64,000 nucleotides of DNA from Phoronis australis (lineage: Eukaryota; Animalia; Phoronida): positions 844,298 to 908,297 of the forward strand of contig NMRA01000021.1 of assembly GCA_002633005.1 (NCBI GenBank), read 5' to 3'. The notes beneath the pieces are model-generated. The model did no database searches and had not been told where the DNA came from. It worked only from the letters and a program-made list of their open reading frames with translations. A program made the translations under genes and the position numbers. Every line of letters begins with the position of its first letter. Positions within the stretch are counted from its first letter, which is position 1. Shown piece after piece: positions 11,478 to 24,979 of this stretch.

Positions 11478-14170
11478 CAAGGAGTGTAGTAGTATAGGAG
11501 AGTTCACTTGTGAATTCGCTGTTACCGCTACTATTAGCGCCGCCAGGTGGTGAACAAGCAACTGTCAACCAGGAAGCGCCAAAACAATGGGGAAGGACGC
11601 ACTTTGCAGTGCGATAAATTGCACTAATTCATCCACGACAAACCCAGACGTGTCATTTTTTAGATTTCCTAAGGATCCGGAAAGGTAAGTTTTATCTGTT
11701 ATTCAATAATATGATACATTGTCTTTAATTTTGTGTGTTCTGTTCACGGTTGTTAGACAAGTCGATCGCAGTCCCGGTGCCACTCTGTTGTCTGCAGTTT
11801 AGGCTAGGCCTACACTGCAGACAACTAGGACTATGATTAACGTACGATGTGATCGTCAGCTTTTTGGAAACTTGCAGTTCAAGTATTCCAAATCAAAATG
11901 TCACCCGAACGATCGCAGGGATAATTTTACGAAAACATACCCATGGCCATGGGTGAATATAAATCATTGTGGTGACACGGCCATGGCACAATCACAGCCA
12001 CACAGCCTCAAGTGTTTCATTAGTCAAGTTAGAGAATCTGTGGATCTTGGTGAAAAGTTGTGCGGCCCTTAAAATATCCGTGGATCGACATTTAAGTCCT
12101 AGTTTTTTTTACTTTTGACACCAACTAAAAACGCTTTTGTCTCTATCACAATCACAGTACGACAGGACTTCTGTAGTGTACTGTAGTTTAGTGTAGGCTA
12201 CCAGTGTGAACCTGGTGAGTATGAGGTTTGTTCCTGAGTCCCTCATTGATTTCTGTTCAGGTGAAGCACTGGGAGCTGACCTTATGAATAGAGATGCAAC
12301 CTACTTGTCCAAGAACTGCAACTTATGCTCTTATCACTTCGAGGAGTCCATGTTCATGAATGAAGAACAAGCTGGTATTGAATGCAGTGCCCGAGCAGTA
12401 TTTGATGTCCCGAATCCACCAAAAATGAGGATGTCAAAAAGTTCTCCGGAAATTATGCTACAGCTGTGAAATAGGCTTTTTTGCATTTCTGATTATCGTC
12501 TCACAAAGCAAGTACTGGAACATCATGTGTAGAAAGGACAATTAGTCAAAATCTGGTTTTTGTATTTTACCAAGGTTGATCAGATTGAAACATTTTATGA
12601 ATGGTTAGCCTGTGATTTGAAGAGAGCCAAAGTGAAACTGATGGGTGGGCTGACAATTTGTTAAACCCGAGCTATCCGTATCATTTTGCTTCTCAATGAC
12701 TAACACCTCTGTGAGTAAATTAGTTTTCAGCTTTATTTATAACGCATTTACTTGGCAAAAAGAGCTGTTGTTTACTAGTGAATTAATAGGTAGTGAAAAG
12801 GTTGGTTAGATTTTGTAGTTGTATTGATGTATGTGTTGCCTATTTTGTACGTTTTTGGAGACTGTGATTAATTTAAGCCTCAGTTGTGGCTAGGTAACAA
12901 ATATGATCTTGTGGTCTAGCTTTAGCTTACCTGAAATATTTACTGTTATTGATAATAGGAACTGTGGGTATAGAAAATAAAATTTTAGTTTTATCATCCA
13001 ATTCTTTTTAATTCAGTTTTTGTACGAAGTTGTGTGGCTAATGAATATTTTGATTTCTGTTCAGTACCTGTTAACTTTTTTGTCATGACATGTTGAACTT
13101 GGACTAGTTATGCGTGGTGATATACTCAATGAGGGGGAGGCTCGAATTCCTGACGATGTGGACCTTTTGCTAACAAATGAGTAGGCGGACTAAAAAAAAA
13201 AACGGGACCACCACTGTGAATTGATTGCGCGTTTGCGCTTCTTTAGTAGACTTTTGTCCCATTTTCTCTGACTTTTTGTCTCTCGGGGGCAGACCTTTTT
13301 GCCCACTTCGCCAAATGGGGGGGGGGGGTCTCGTGGGAGAGTGCGATCGAGTTTACCCTATGCTGGCATGTCTAAGAAATAATGGAATGTTCTAATATTA
13401 TATTACGATTTTGTGGTAGTGATGAGTTGCTTTCTTCTTCTTACATGTGTAACACCCACTGCACCAAACAATTGTTCGCATTGCTAGTATCCTGGTTCAT
13501 TGAATAGGGAACACATGCGAAATTGTTGGGTGGAGATGAAACCAGCAGCGAGCTGGGAGCAGCACGTTTGTCAATGGTCAGTTTGTCATGTAACGATGGG
13601 AGGGGCTCAACACCCGTATGGCATACCCCATTGGTTTTACCTGTTTAGCACTCCTCCCATGTAACCCCCTGGGAGGGGGTCAACACCCATTTGGCGCCCA
13701 CCTGGTTTTTGCCTGGTAACCCCTTAGCTGTCACCTGGGGGAATTACCCTCTGAAACCCCAGGAGCAATCATTCAAATTTTGTAGTCCATGGAGGTATGA
13801 ACTGTTAAGGAACGATAATTTGCGTTGTTAAGAACTCAAACATGAAACAAAACCGTGATGGATTTTGAAGGGAGCTTCAACAGAATAAAAACAAATACAC
13901 TTTAATATTGATTAAAATACACATTTTCATTCTCATTCGATTATAAGTGGATGTTAGTTTACGTGTTCTAACCATTTTCAATCACACAGTAATTTTATTG
14001 CACGTTGAACGTCATTAAAGTATGAAGTCATCAGTGTTTGCATTGTTCGGACTGCGTTCCTAAGTAAGTGTTGATTATTCACCGCTTGGAGCGCTAGTGT
14101 TTCGACCGGTAACCATTGCGGCGAATGGCAAAATGGCGGAGTGAACTCTCCTGTATTACTATACTCCTTG
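11478..14170 (+). mobile_element. Non-autonomous P-superfamily (THAP9/Galileo-like) DNA transposon, 30 bp TIRs, 7 bp TSD ATGGTAC
   Basis: Left TIR caaggagtgtagtagtataggagagttcac matches the reverse complement of the right end at 27/30. ATGGTAC is on both flanks, a single ATGGTAC is at the paralogous empty site (~9596), and a THAP remnant lies inside. Confidence 0.85.
11587..12440 (+). pseudogene. THAP zinc-finger N-terminus of the P-like transposase (exon 11587..11684; frameshifted exon from 12261)
   Basis: Exon 1 reads MGKDALCSAINCTNSSTTNPDVSFFRFPKDPER|gtaagt. After ttcag| the sequence reads ..KHW..ADLMNRDATYLSKNCNLCSYHFEESMFMN / KNKLVLNAVP / VFDVPNPP. The C2CH residues and AVP box of THAP are present. 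Confidence 0.85.
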
Positions 14171-17100
14171 ATGGTACGTTCAAGATCTAAGTCTATGGTA
14201 AGTCTTTCAAATTTCTTAATATTTTGATTATTTAAGTTATTGCAAAAAGTTGGCATAATGGATGGCTAACATGCATCTGGCAGGGTCCTAGAAACCATTT
14301 CTAATGCAGAAGATGCGGCCAAATACTCGCATCTGTCCCTCCTAAAAACATTTCAAAATCTAACCACCCCTTTATTATGAGCTGAAGAATTCCTAACTCC
14401 AGAGAGTTTTAGATTACTATGCTTTATATCGCTGAAAATAGTTGCACTTAGTAGGATTTTCCAGATTCACTGCGATATGGTGCTTTTTCTGAGAGAATGT
14501 CTTGCAAATGGGTGCTCTTTCAGTTGCGATTTTCCTACGAAATTCGTCCATTTTGTGGACTGGAACGCTACAAAAGGCTCTCTAATAAGGAATCCATGTG
14601 TCAAATAAATAAGCAATAATTAGGCATTTAACAAATTCTAATAAGAAGCAAATCGGCATATGTACATACTAGCATTTACACTAAAGCATATCTTGAGGCA
14701 TTGAGTTAAATCGCTCATAAAACTTTCACAGTTTGATCTGGTTCAATCCTGCATGCCAAGCACAAACTTTTCTTTAAAAAATATTTTACACTTCAAACAA
14801 AGGTATAGATATGTTGTGTTTCTTGCCCAGTTCTTTAGATGTGAGTATCTTCTTAATGTAACATGAAACAGTTCATGTTTTCACATTGATTCAATGTGAG
14901 TGATCGAGTATCAACCTTAGATCATTTTCAATCCTTAAATAAACCCCTTGAAGTCAGTGACTGAAAACCAAATCTCAAACTTGAAACGGAAAATTCCAGG
15001 GTAAAATAATTTACTGAAGTTATTTTCTCTGGTTTGCCAAAATATACAGGCTCTCAAATCTTTACTAACTATGTGCCTAAAATGTGTTTTCACTAAACAT
15101 ATTTTCTGTTTTCATTAAAAGGACGCCACAAACACCAGACCAGACCATGTGAAAAAATACCTAAAATTACCTTTGAATTCTCTTAGTAACTTTGATGTCC
15201 GCTTAATAGACTCAATAATTAAGGGATGGTTGGTCCAAAGGTTCGATTGGTCAATACTCCGAAGAGTTAAGGGGAAATTTATCTTACGTTACCAACTCGA
15301 TAGTCACCAAGAATAGTTTGCAACATTAAACTATTGTGTTCGTAGCTTGTTCAGGTTATTGTTCGTTAAATAACCACGATTTCAAGAAAGAGAGCTTTAC
15401 TGAATTTTGAAAGATGCAGAATATGATGTAAAATTATCTGAGATCTTGAAGACATTTAATTCTGTAGATTACGGAATAATATAAAAAACTATTATTAAAC
15501 AAGTTTTCTGTTCCGACTATTGACTTTTCGGACGATAAATCCCATTGTTTTCGGACTATAGACCCCTTGGACAATAGACAGCATTTCATTTCTGTTGACA
15601 GTTTCGATTTTTTTTCAGATGAAAATGTCGTCAATCCATTCAGTTCAAGTGACAATGATACAGATGAAGGTAGAATTTAGTGTTTGTTTTCTCAAAGTAA
15701 GGAAACATGGGTGAGTTATGAAAGTGGTGTGAGTTTTAAATAAATAAAGTATTATGGAAAATATACTTATAAATTTTCGCAGATTCTACAAATTGTCGCA
15801 TGGTTTCTGTAATTTTATGTTCTTGAACTCGTGAGTGCGAGGTCCTAATGAATCACTACTTTGATTTGATAGTTTCATAAGGTAACTACAGAGTCATTTT
15901 GATTCTTATTCCGCTAGCATGCAAAACATTACACATTTCGTTGTTTGCAACAGTTGGCTTCCCAACATATTTATTGTTAACTAGTTGAACCATTTAATGT
16001 TGCAGAATAACTTAAAAACTTTCAAACTCATGTTAATGGAAATTTAGAAGACAGATTTAAGTAAGCCAAACAAATGAAAACAAACGTACAAGTGCAGCAT
16101 AGATCATTGCATTTATAGTTTGTTTCAGATGAAGGAATGAGGAGATGCCGTTTTCATCACAAGGTGTTCAATTCTTCTAAAATAACCAAGAACTTTTCTG
16201 AAAGATCGCCTGAAAGGTATTTCATGTAACTAAAATTACTCGTTTTTCAAATTTTACCATGCAATTTCTATTTTAATTCAAAATTTATTTTTTGGTGATG
16301 CCAAGGGTACAGTAATACCTGTTCAGCTATTATTTCTTCATTGTTTTGTGATATCTATACGAGATGTGCTGAGATGGGATTGGTCGATCCTGTATTCCGA
16401 AGGACCTTTGATAGTCTCCAAAGCAAAGGAATTTTAGTTCGAAAGACTTAGTCTGAAAGTGAGTTGGGTGATGACACTGCATCAGAGCGTATAGAAGACT
16501 GCTGTTTTAGTACATTTGAGCACAATTAAGAATTATTTTATGAATGCAAATGTTAAAGACTTTGTTTTGAAAATACAAGTTTTTTCGGGATTTTTTTCTT
16601 GCCATCCTAGCCCTGCCACCCACCAATCGTGGTCATGGCGATATAGTTACCTTACACTTTTTCATGCCTGCTAAACCAGTGCTGTAGGAAGTGGGGGGGT
16701 TGGGGGGCCCGGGGGGCACGGACCCCCAAAAAATTTCAGGCGTCTGGGTTAAACCGTGGCAACCGACATAGGCGTGGTGCCGGGGACAGTCGAGAAAGAA
16801 AGACTGCGAAAAACGGATAAGAGAGAAAATTCAAGGGAACATTAAACAAACCTGCATCAGTGCATGGATTACCTTTTGAGGACCCTGGCCAGGACACTGT
16901 CGTTACGGTCTTCGCTTTTGCATCACAGGTCGTCTAAACGCATACATGTATTTCGAAAAATCGAGAAAATTTGTAAAGCGAAGCTTTTGCGGAGCGTACT
17001 AATTTACTAGATGTTTAAATTCAATAAGTCAATTTTGCGAATGCAAAACTATATTTTTATAGAGGCCCCTCTCTGGCAAGGGATAACGGAGACAACTTTC

Positions 17101-17440
17101 GCTTTAAATCTTTTTTTCTCAAAACTGTATATCACTTGAGAAAAATTGATGACATGACAGATACCAACAATTGTTGTGCATTTCCTCTAGTAGGTATTTT
17201 CATATTTAGGGGCCCCGCCCTTTAAGAAGGCCATTTATGACATTCAATTTGCCACCATTTTGTGTTTTTATTGACAAATTCTTACGGGGCCGCTCACGGA
17301 GAGAGGGCCCAATGTTAGAATCGATTGTCTCTATTTTCCTGTTTGAAGGAGTTCACTCCCTGCATCGTTTTGGGACCTCACGACGGTGGAATGAACTGTT
17401 ACTTATTCCCAGCTTAATGACGTTTAGCCTTTCAACTTAA

Positions 17441-19081
17441 AGGCGAATGCCACCCGATTTAATTAGTCTTTTTTGCCGTCTTAATCGGTCTATTTCCACA
17501 TCACCTCGCATACGGTCGACCTTACCTTGTCAAGAGGTGTCGCGTTAACCTGTGAGGAAGGTGAGAAACGACGCTAGCGACGTCAGTGGTTCATATGCAG
17601 AGTGAATGCCGCTATGTTGCGGTGTATCGTTCCGTTTGTCCGAACTAAGCAGCCGCGAGGAAAGCGAGTATATCGTTTTTTTACTTCCTCGAGAGTCCAA
17701 AATGCTTAGGAAGTGGCTCATGATAGTGAAGTGAAATGTACGCTGTAAATAGCAAGTATGAGGACGTGAAACATCTGCGTGTCTGTGGCCTGCAGACGAC
17801 GTCGACAGTGCCTCACGAATGTCGGCTTACCAAATAACTCCATACGCTCCGTTGTCTGAGCTTGTTCACGGCGCCTCTCTGTATTTCTTCATCACTGTAT
17901 TCCTGTTCGAATTGATAGCCTGTAAAACTTAACGATCCACCTGCGAAGTCGGTATTGATGAGCCGCTCTAGCTCGTCCTAAGTCGGGATTGCGAGTTGCC
18001 ATGTTGGCGTTTATTACTGTAACAGAGCGTTCTGTTTCAAAATGAATTATTCTCACCTTAACCAATACTTATATAAAACTGAAACAAAATCTGTCTCGTT
18101 AGATGCAATTTGTAATGCCTTTGGAGTGTTCGTGAGTGCACGAAATGATTTGAGAAGCCAGCAATGAATAAATCACTGCGTTACCGGCTTTACATGTAGG
18201 TGCAATAAAACTAATTGAAGGAACACCGCGAGGTCGTGTGAGCTCATGCTAATTTAGTGTTTGCCGGCAGAAACTGTTGTGAAACAATACGATTTCCACC
18301 CCACGGCTAGGTGTTAGGGGAATCTTTATTTACATTTACATTACTCAAATAATGATTGTCAATGTACAACTTCTGCCCTGACGGTGCTGTGGCCAAAGCG
18401 GAACTGAATTCGCGGCCCCCGACGAGTAAGTGGATTTGCAGTTTCGTGGCTAATTCACCGTAACATAATCACGTGCACATTACTTTGTCTCACTAGTATA
18501 GTATTTTCTTGGCTGGAAGTTTAGTTTCCGCTGAACTTTGGCTGGTTTGTTCGTAATGTCTGATCAGTTTCCGAGCCACTGGCCAGGATAACAAGCGTTT
18601 TGTGTTTAGAACTCAGAAAATCACAAGTCTAAACAACACAGACCTAGGTTCTCCTGTCTGTATCTCACGAAAATACTTCGAAATTATCTCCGAACACACC
18701 CCAAACTCCTGCTACGGACCTTATTGGCCTGCCGAACTTTGTAGGCTACGGTGTGTCCAAATACCAATAAATCTGTAAGAGCGAAATAAAACAACACGTT
18801 TTTGTAAGAACTCGGGTGTATTTTTAAGGGTTTCACATCGAAGTTTGATAATTTATTGGTGCTATAAACGAGGATTCCAAGCGATAAACTGACACCAGTA
18901 ACCCGTGTTGTGAACTGCTGAACAGAATGCGTGTGAAACCGATGACGTAATTGGATAATTTCAACACCTCCGTCTGCCGTCAGGTGTCAGGTAACCATGG
19001 CAACCGCACTTGTCGTTATGGAGTAGAATTACTCGATCTAAATTGATACAAATTAGGTTGTTTTTTGGGTGGCATGCTCCT
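17441..19081. mobile_element. Kolobok deletion derivative (possibly composite)
   Basis: Boundaries are TTAA|aggcgaatgccaccc...gggtggcatgctcct|TTAA. A + strand THAP remnant lies at ~17606..17795 (MPLCC..ISFF/LPRESKMLRKW..HLRVCGL) and a - strand KolX-like exon at 17831..18002 (GYQFEQEYSDEEI). Confidence 0.65.
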
Positions 19082-19976
19082 TTAAGGTGTCCCATTTCAG
19101 ACGATGCCTTCTCTCGGTGGAGTAGTTCGGGGTAAATTTCCCTTTGTCCTTCTATATTCATTGTATATCAACGCGGTCAGGACAAGTGTACACAGGGAAT
19201 ATATCTGCGCGTGCACGACAGGTGCACGCAAGCACTATGTCTGTGCGTGCACGACAGGTGTACACAATCAATTACGGTTGATAAAATTTATTACAAATGA
19301 CTTTTTAAAATAGATTACTTTCGACTATTTCTAAGAATGGTATGACATGTTATAAGATGTTGATTAGAATTAACTTTTTTCATCAGCCCTAGTAATTTAT
19401 ACGAGTTCTTGTCACTGAACAAAAACGATCCATTCAGACTGATATATGTGAGCGATGATCAGTCTCATCAGAATTCATATCAACCAAAATGGAGGTGCAA
19501 GATTTTTACACAAGCATTACTTATTCTAAGATTAGAAAATATGATTAAGACAGTGAAGAAGACGAACGTACAAGTTCATTATGATTGACGGTAAATATAA
19601 GGGGCAAAACCTAACCTTTGAACTAGCAAGGAGCAATGTATAATGCATACACAAGTATGCAACAGTCAGGGCACGGACTTCTGTCTACATCCTGAGGGGC
19701 GCACCTGTAGCTAGGATGAAGGGAGATTTATCTCGTGCGGAACCCTCTCCGGAGGGGAGGAGGGGGAAGGGAGAGGCGACACAACAATTCGTGATGATCG
19801 GCACTAAACATTTTAGCATCAGAAATATTACATAGATTCATTCAAGTAAGTCAGGCAAACGCATTTTAATTAATAACCCACTGGTGCCGCCCCGAAGTGT
19901 TGTACCAGAGGGTTCCAGTTCAATCCCGTCCTGCAGCCATTCTATTACTGCTTTTGAATTTCTGTAATTAGACACC

Positions 19977-20778
19977 AGTGCCCTAAAGTCGTGAACATAA
20001 TCATAATAAGCAGCTGATGGTCATATTACCCAATGTCCGTTAGCAACTGCTCATGTGGTGTCATGGACATATATCAGCCTTCACAAATATACGTGTTTTA
20101 CCAATCTTAATCCTTGTTTGTCTCCGTAAGCAGAGTTTTGAAATGGTCGCTGATGTCGCCGGCTATTTTGAATGAGGCCCTAAAGTCGTGACAGTTTCGT
20201 TTAGACGGAAATGCACGAAGTAAGACCACACAAGTCAATTACAGTGATTACAGTTGCTCTAGACGACATAAAAATGCATTGCATTGTTTATTAATTCAGT
20301 TTCAATTGAAATAAATTGCTATATGTTTTGCACCCAACTTTGATGTGCACAGACGTTTTCATTGAGGTTGCTCAGGTGAAACGCTAAGAACCCAGCATCA
20401 ATTATCTCTCTGTATTTTATTGCTTTGGCCTTACAAAACTTGATCGACCCTGAGACATTTTGATACATTGTTCAAGCTACCCCTGGTGCGCGTGTTTGAG
20501 TAAATCTGAACGATGAATATTTTCGAAAATTTTTCCTGAAAATGCACAAAAGAGTAGATTAGTGAAATAGGCTGTTTTAAAGATACATTTGAAGAAAGAA
20601 GCCACTCACTCACTGTTTGTTATCATATTGTGAATAATAACACGTCCGGGTATTCGTTTGACGTTCGTAAGCAGACGAACGCTGGAAATTTCAACGCCAG
20701 ATATCGCGGGACCGCACAGAAGAGGAAACAATATTGTTCACGACTTTAGGGCACTCACGACTTTAGTACCTCTGACGG
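19977..20778. mobile_element. Tc1/pogo-like MITE, left end truncated
   Basis: agtgccctaaagtcgtgaaca is inverted at 20736..20756. The right end is ...ctctgacgg|TA, and the ctaaagtcgtga motif is repeated. Confidence 0.55.
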
Positions 20779-21224
20779 TACATCACGTGTCGTCTCTTAT
20801 AGTTCTTAAACGTAAATTGAAACATTAGAACGTTCTAGAAACCATGTTTAGTTAGTTGTTGTATCAAGAAGGGGGTTACATAAATCAAACTTGACAAATA
20901 TCAGTGGCGTTGGCGCATTGAATTTTGGAATTAAATGCTGAATGACGTCAATATGAACATACACCTGTATGTCTTAACACGTTACGCAATATTCCCACGA
21001 GTCAACCTTTAATAATTCTACTAAAACTAATGACTGTCTAAAGATATTCCAATAAACACAATATACATTCATTGATTGGCCTTGGTGCATTACAAGCTTC
21101 AAAGTGTAAGACATATCACATCCAAATGGAAAAACCTATTCTATAAAGAGTTCGTCTAACCCACTTGTTAGACAAAGTACAGGCTCTATTTCGTATTTTT
21201 GTTTGTACTAATTTTCGTAGCTCG

Positions 21225-21400
21225 CTACATAAATATAGACAATCTAAATCCGTGGCCATGACCATCAATACAGAATAGCGGTATATAGGTAGACAATCTA
21301 TATCCATGGTTATGACCATAAATATAGAATAACGTGCTACATATATAGACAATCTAAATCCATGGCCGTAACCATAATATACATGCAGAATAGCGCGCTA
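21225..21400. repeat. Minisatellite, ~3 copies of ~58 bp
   Basis: tagacaatctaaatccRtggYYatgaccat...agaata is repeated. Confidence 0.85.
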
Positions 21401-22793
21401 ACCCCTGTATGTAAATCCGACACTGTTAAGTTTTTACTAGGGAAGTTGAGATTTCAACTTCATCAAAAAACACAAAAATTCTTGCACAACACAGCCATGA
21501 GACCAAAACAACCAAAAATTTATAAAAAAATATTGCCGCCATCGAAAGGGTGGAATTTTGACGACCGTGAAGACCACTACTTGTGAATTACACAAAAGGA
21601 CACTTTCTGAAGGTTAGTTATAAAATAATGTTACTGTTTCCCGTAGTATCGCAAGAATAGAATCTCTCTTGAACATGGTCACTATGAGTTGTTTGTAAGG
21701 AATTCCCACTTGTGGAAAACTTTGCTGTCTAGGCTACTATTTGTAATGATCGTGTACATGAACTCTGATCATGTACAAAGAACTCTCGCAATCATAAACA
21801 AAGATTTCAACGTTTTTTTGTCAGTGGAGTTCAAGTTTACATCGTGAACCGTTATAGGTATCTCTGAAAATACACCTTAATACGAATACCCTATCTCCCA
21901 TATTCCCCCATTTACCCGTCAAAAGTCTGCGAGCACGCATGCGGAAATTGCGCATAACATTCCTGTTTGATAAATAAATTCGTTGGTTTCTGATTTACTT
22001 GTTTATGCATCTACAAATATCGATAGATTCATAGATGATTTTTAACAATTAGAAGCCAATCTTGTAAGAATTGGAGACAATTCAGTGAATTTAATTGCTG
22101 CCTGAAGTTGGAAAAACTCTGTAATCCGATCCCCAAATAGTAAAGTACACTTAGACGATTTTTGCATATCTAAAATAACTCTCAAAGACATTGATGAAAT
22201 CCGTACTCACAAACCGTAGATAGAAAAAAACGTTTTAAAATCCTCAAATAAAGAAAATTAAACTCATTTCTTGGAAAGCTTGTCTTCGCAGTTCTTTGGT
22301 GTTTTTTGTTTCTAATAGTATTGAGTAACGAATTTTTGTCCTTCAAAACTGAATTGATTGCTTTTCCTCAGCCACCAGAAACTGAACTACCGGTCGTGTT
22401 TCAACTAGGGATTTTGAAACAGCCCCAAAGGCACTATACCAGGGACTTCGGGGCCTCACCTTTTCAAAAAAAACTTTCAAAGTATGACCATAATTAAATA
22501 AAGCTTTTCCGAAACTGGATCACAACAAAATGAATCTTGACCTTAGAACGAGCGCAGACGCCCGGTACGAGCTAAGCTGCCTGTCTCAAGTGAATCATAC
22601 ATGTAGTTGTGCTGACCAGCGCCTAGCTTTAGTTCATCGAAAATTTCGTGTTTTCACACTGGTAGATCTCAGCTATAGCTACTTGAGGCAGCTCCTCGCT
22701 ACCGGTCAGGGTACTTGGCCCATTCTTACTTTTCGTGTTGGTTTACGGTTACACAACTCAGTCTTAATGGCTGGATCCCAGGGATTGCCGTCC

Positions 22794-22949
22794 CACTGGC
22801 AGATCCAGGATTTTGAGTTGGGAGGGGCGGCAGGGCAGAGTATTAGCAAGGGTTTTACCAGTCATAAAATGGCACCTCGAAACTGACAAATGGAATCTGG
22901 GAGAATTTTTGGAGGGTCATGGCCTCTTGGTCCCCTAAATCCGACACTG
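22794..22949. mobile_element. Short hAT-like MITE (degenerate CAGTGGCGGATC termini)
   Basis: cactggcagatccagg...cctaaatccgacactg. Confidence 0.55.
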
Positions 22950-23339
22950 TGCCTCCCCACGTGGGAGATTCGGTACAAATATGGTCGCATCGGAAGGACG
23001 GGCGCGAGAGTGGGGGGAGGTAGCGGAGGTGGTGGCGATGGGAGGGGTTATTTGGCGACGTCGAAATGGTTTGTGCCCCCCCCCAATAATTTTTGCTTTC
23101 CTACGGACCTGTAATCAGGTTTATTTCAAAATGTAATGCTTAGTGGACCAATCAGACCAATAGCTCTTCCGACTACAGACACTTCAGAAAGTCAAAAGGA
23201 TGGCAAACCTGGTTTTGACTTAGTAACATATAAAAAAGAATTTAATCTCGTTTTCTGGAACAAAATAATGGCCTGTAACTTTTGACTACTCTGAAAACTT
23301 CGGAAAAAATTGTAACTATTTTGAAAGTTTGCTAAACTG

Positions 23340-23535
23340 CCAAGTGCGACTTACGCTTTAGAGAATTACACGGCAACTGTGGGAAAAGACCACTTACCAA
23401 GGACCAAAATGCGAGATAGGGGTATGAGTTTTTAGTTAATTCCAGCTCTTTCAAGATTGACGCCAATAATGCATTAGCAAATGACATGACCAGGATTGCT
23501 TGAAATCGTCAAAACACGGTTTAGTATCCCTTGTA
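23340..23535. repeat. Dispersed repeat, diverged copy at ~56995..57205 (MITE end)
   Basis: aattacaNggcaactgtggRRaaagacca...tatgagtttttag...ttcaagattgac...tcaaaaca.ggttta.tatcc is shared. The second copy ends in ..tcct|ttaa. Confidence 0.65.
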
Positions 23536-24625
23536 GTGAAGTCAATTTTTCACAAACAAACAAAGGACACATTTTTCGGGTTAACACTCTCTAGAATAAA
23601 GGTCCTTTGGTCTTGTGACCACAAACCAATAAGAAAAACACAATTCAGAAGCCCAAAAGGTCATTGCTCCTTAAACGTCTTTCCGACTAACTCCCTGTTG
23701 GAATATCGACCTGCAGGAATGCTAAAACGGGACAGACCTAACAGATTTGAATTACAAAGGAGGAGCCACTCCCCTAAATTATCTCAGTTTTCGGTTAGTG
23801 TATTTTGACGACACAACAGCCGACCATGATTAGCAGACGACGTACTTGCCGGAAATAAAACCAGATAGTTGGGCCAGGTGTCGCTGGTAAATAATGACGT
23901 CATTACTTCTGTAAGAGCACAGATTTTGTCCACTGAAAGTATACGAAGTCCGTTTATTATATTCTATGGTCATAAATACCCTCTGATACAGCGCCACCTA
24001 TACTGAAAACTGGGCCTGTGGAGACATGATGAACGACACACGGAATGCCGTGTGGGAATCAATGCGCATGCTTGGTCGGAAGTTTATCCATCATATCGCC
24101 ACCACTTGCACACGCCTTCTATGCGCTGTACTTATTTGGGCTTAGCTACGAGATCGGGGATCTCTTGATTTTGTTTACTTCGATTACTTCCCGTTTTAAA
24201 AACTGCAGCTATTCAAGTAAAAGGTGGTCGCCATACTACGTTTCCCAGACTTTAACCTATGGGAATGACGTCGGTTTCCTTACTTTAACCAAGGGCGAAG
24301 CCATGAAAACAACCTTCCACAGTGGTACTTTCGAAGCACTGTGAAAGAATGTAAGTCATATCATGATGGGGAATTGTGGGTCATTTTATCCTGGCGATTA
24401 CTTTTCACGCGTACTATCAGTGCAAGATTTTTAAAATTAAAAGTAACTTTAAACAGTCACGTAATGTATTTAAGTTTCTTAGCGCCATCATCCCACATTT
24501 GGTGCTCACCCAAGTATGGCTTTTACGTTGATGCGGCTCATTTTAAAGGCAACGAATTCCATGTATGTCAGAAACCATCCCGCATTTGTCCTGCAGAGGA
24601 AGTCAAAGAATGATCAGTCTAATAA

Positions 24626-24979
24626 CATAGGCGGATTTAGGGGGGGGNNNNNNGGGGGGCAGGGGACTCCCCCCCCCCTTGGCTGCCGCAAGCAAAATGA
24701 AACACTGAGCAACAACGCGCAGTGTGTGAGCAGTGTGTTAGGAAATATTGAGGTCAGTAAGTAAGAGCGTTAGAGGTTAGAGGGTGAGGGGGGCTCAAGA
24801 CACCCCAGATCGCGGGAGAATCGTGTTCCTATTTTTTAGTCCATCGACAGGTTTTGCGACGAGGATGTGCACATCCTAGGCCCTTGCAACTTTCGGGCCG
24901 CTTGTGCATACAATTGCGCATCGACCAATTCCCCGAGGCAACATATTGGCCCCCTTGTGTTATCCTAGATCCGCCACTG
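24626..24979. mobile_element. hAT-like MITE
   Basis: cataggcggatttagg...cctagatccgccactg. Its left part is homologous to 42023..42115. Confidence 0.7.

Larger units (their letters stand above)
11121..15313. mobile_element. Unclassified (TA)n-flanked repeat, copy B, interrupted by a P-like element
   Basis: Collinear with copy A on both sides of the 11478..14170 insertion. Confidence 0.6.

Noticed and set aside
15313-16520. Exon-like acidic segments continuing from copy B
   Set aside because: In-frame stops and no recognisable family.
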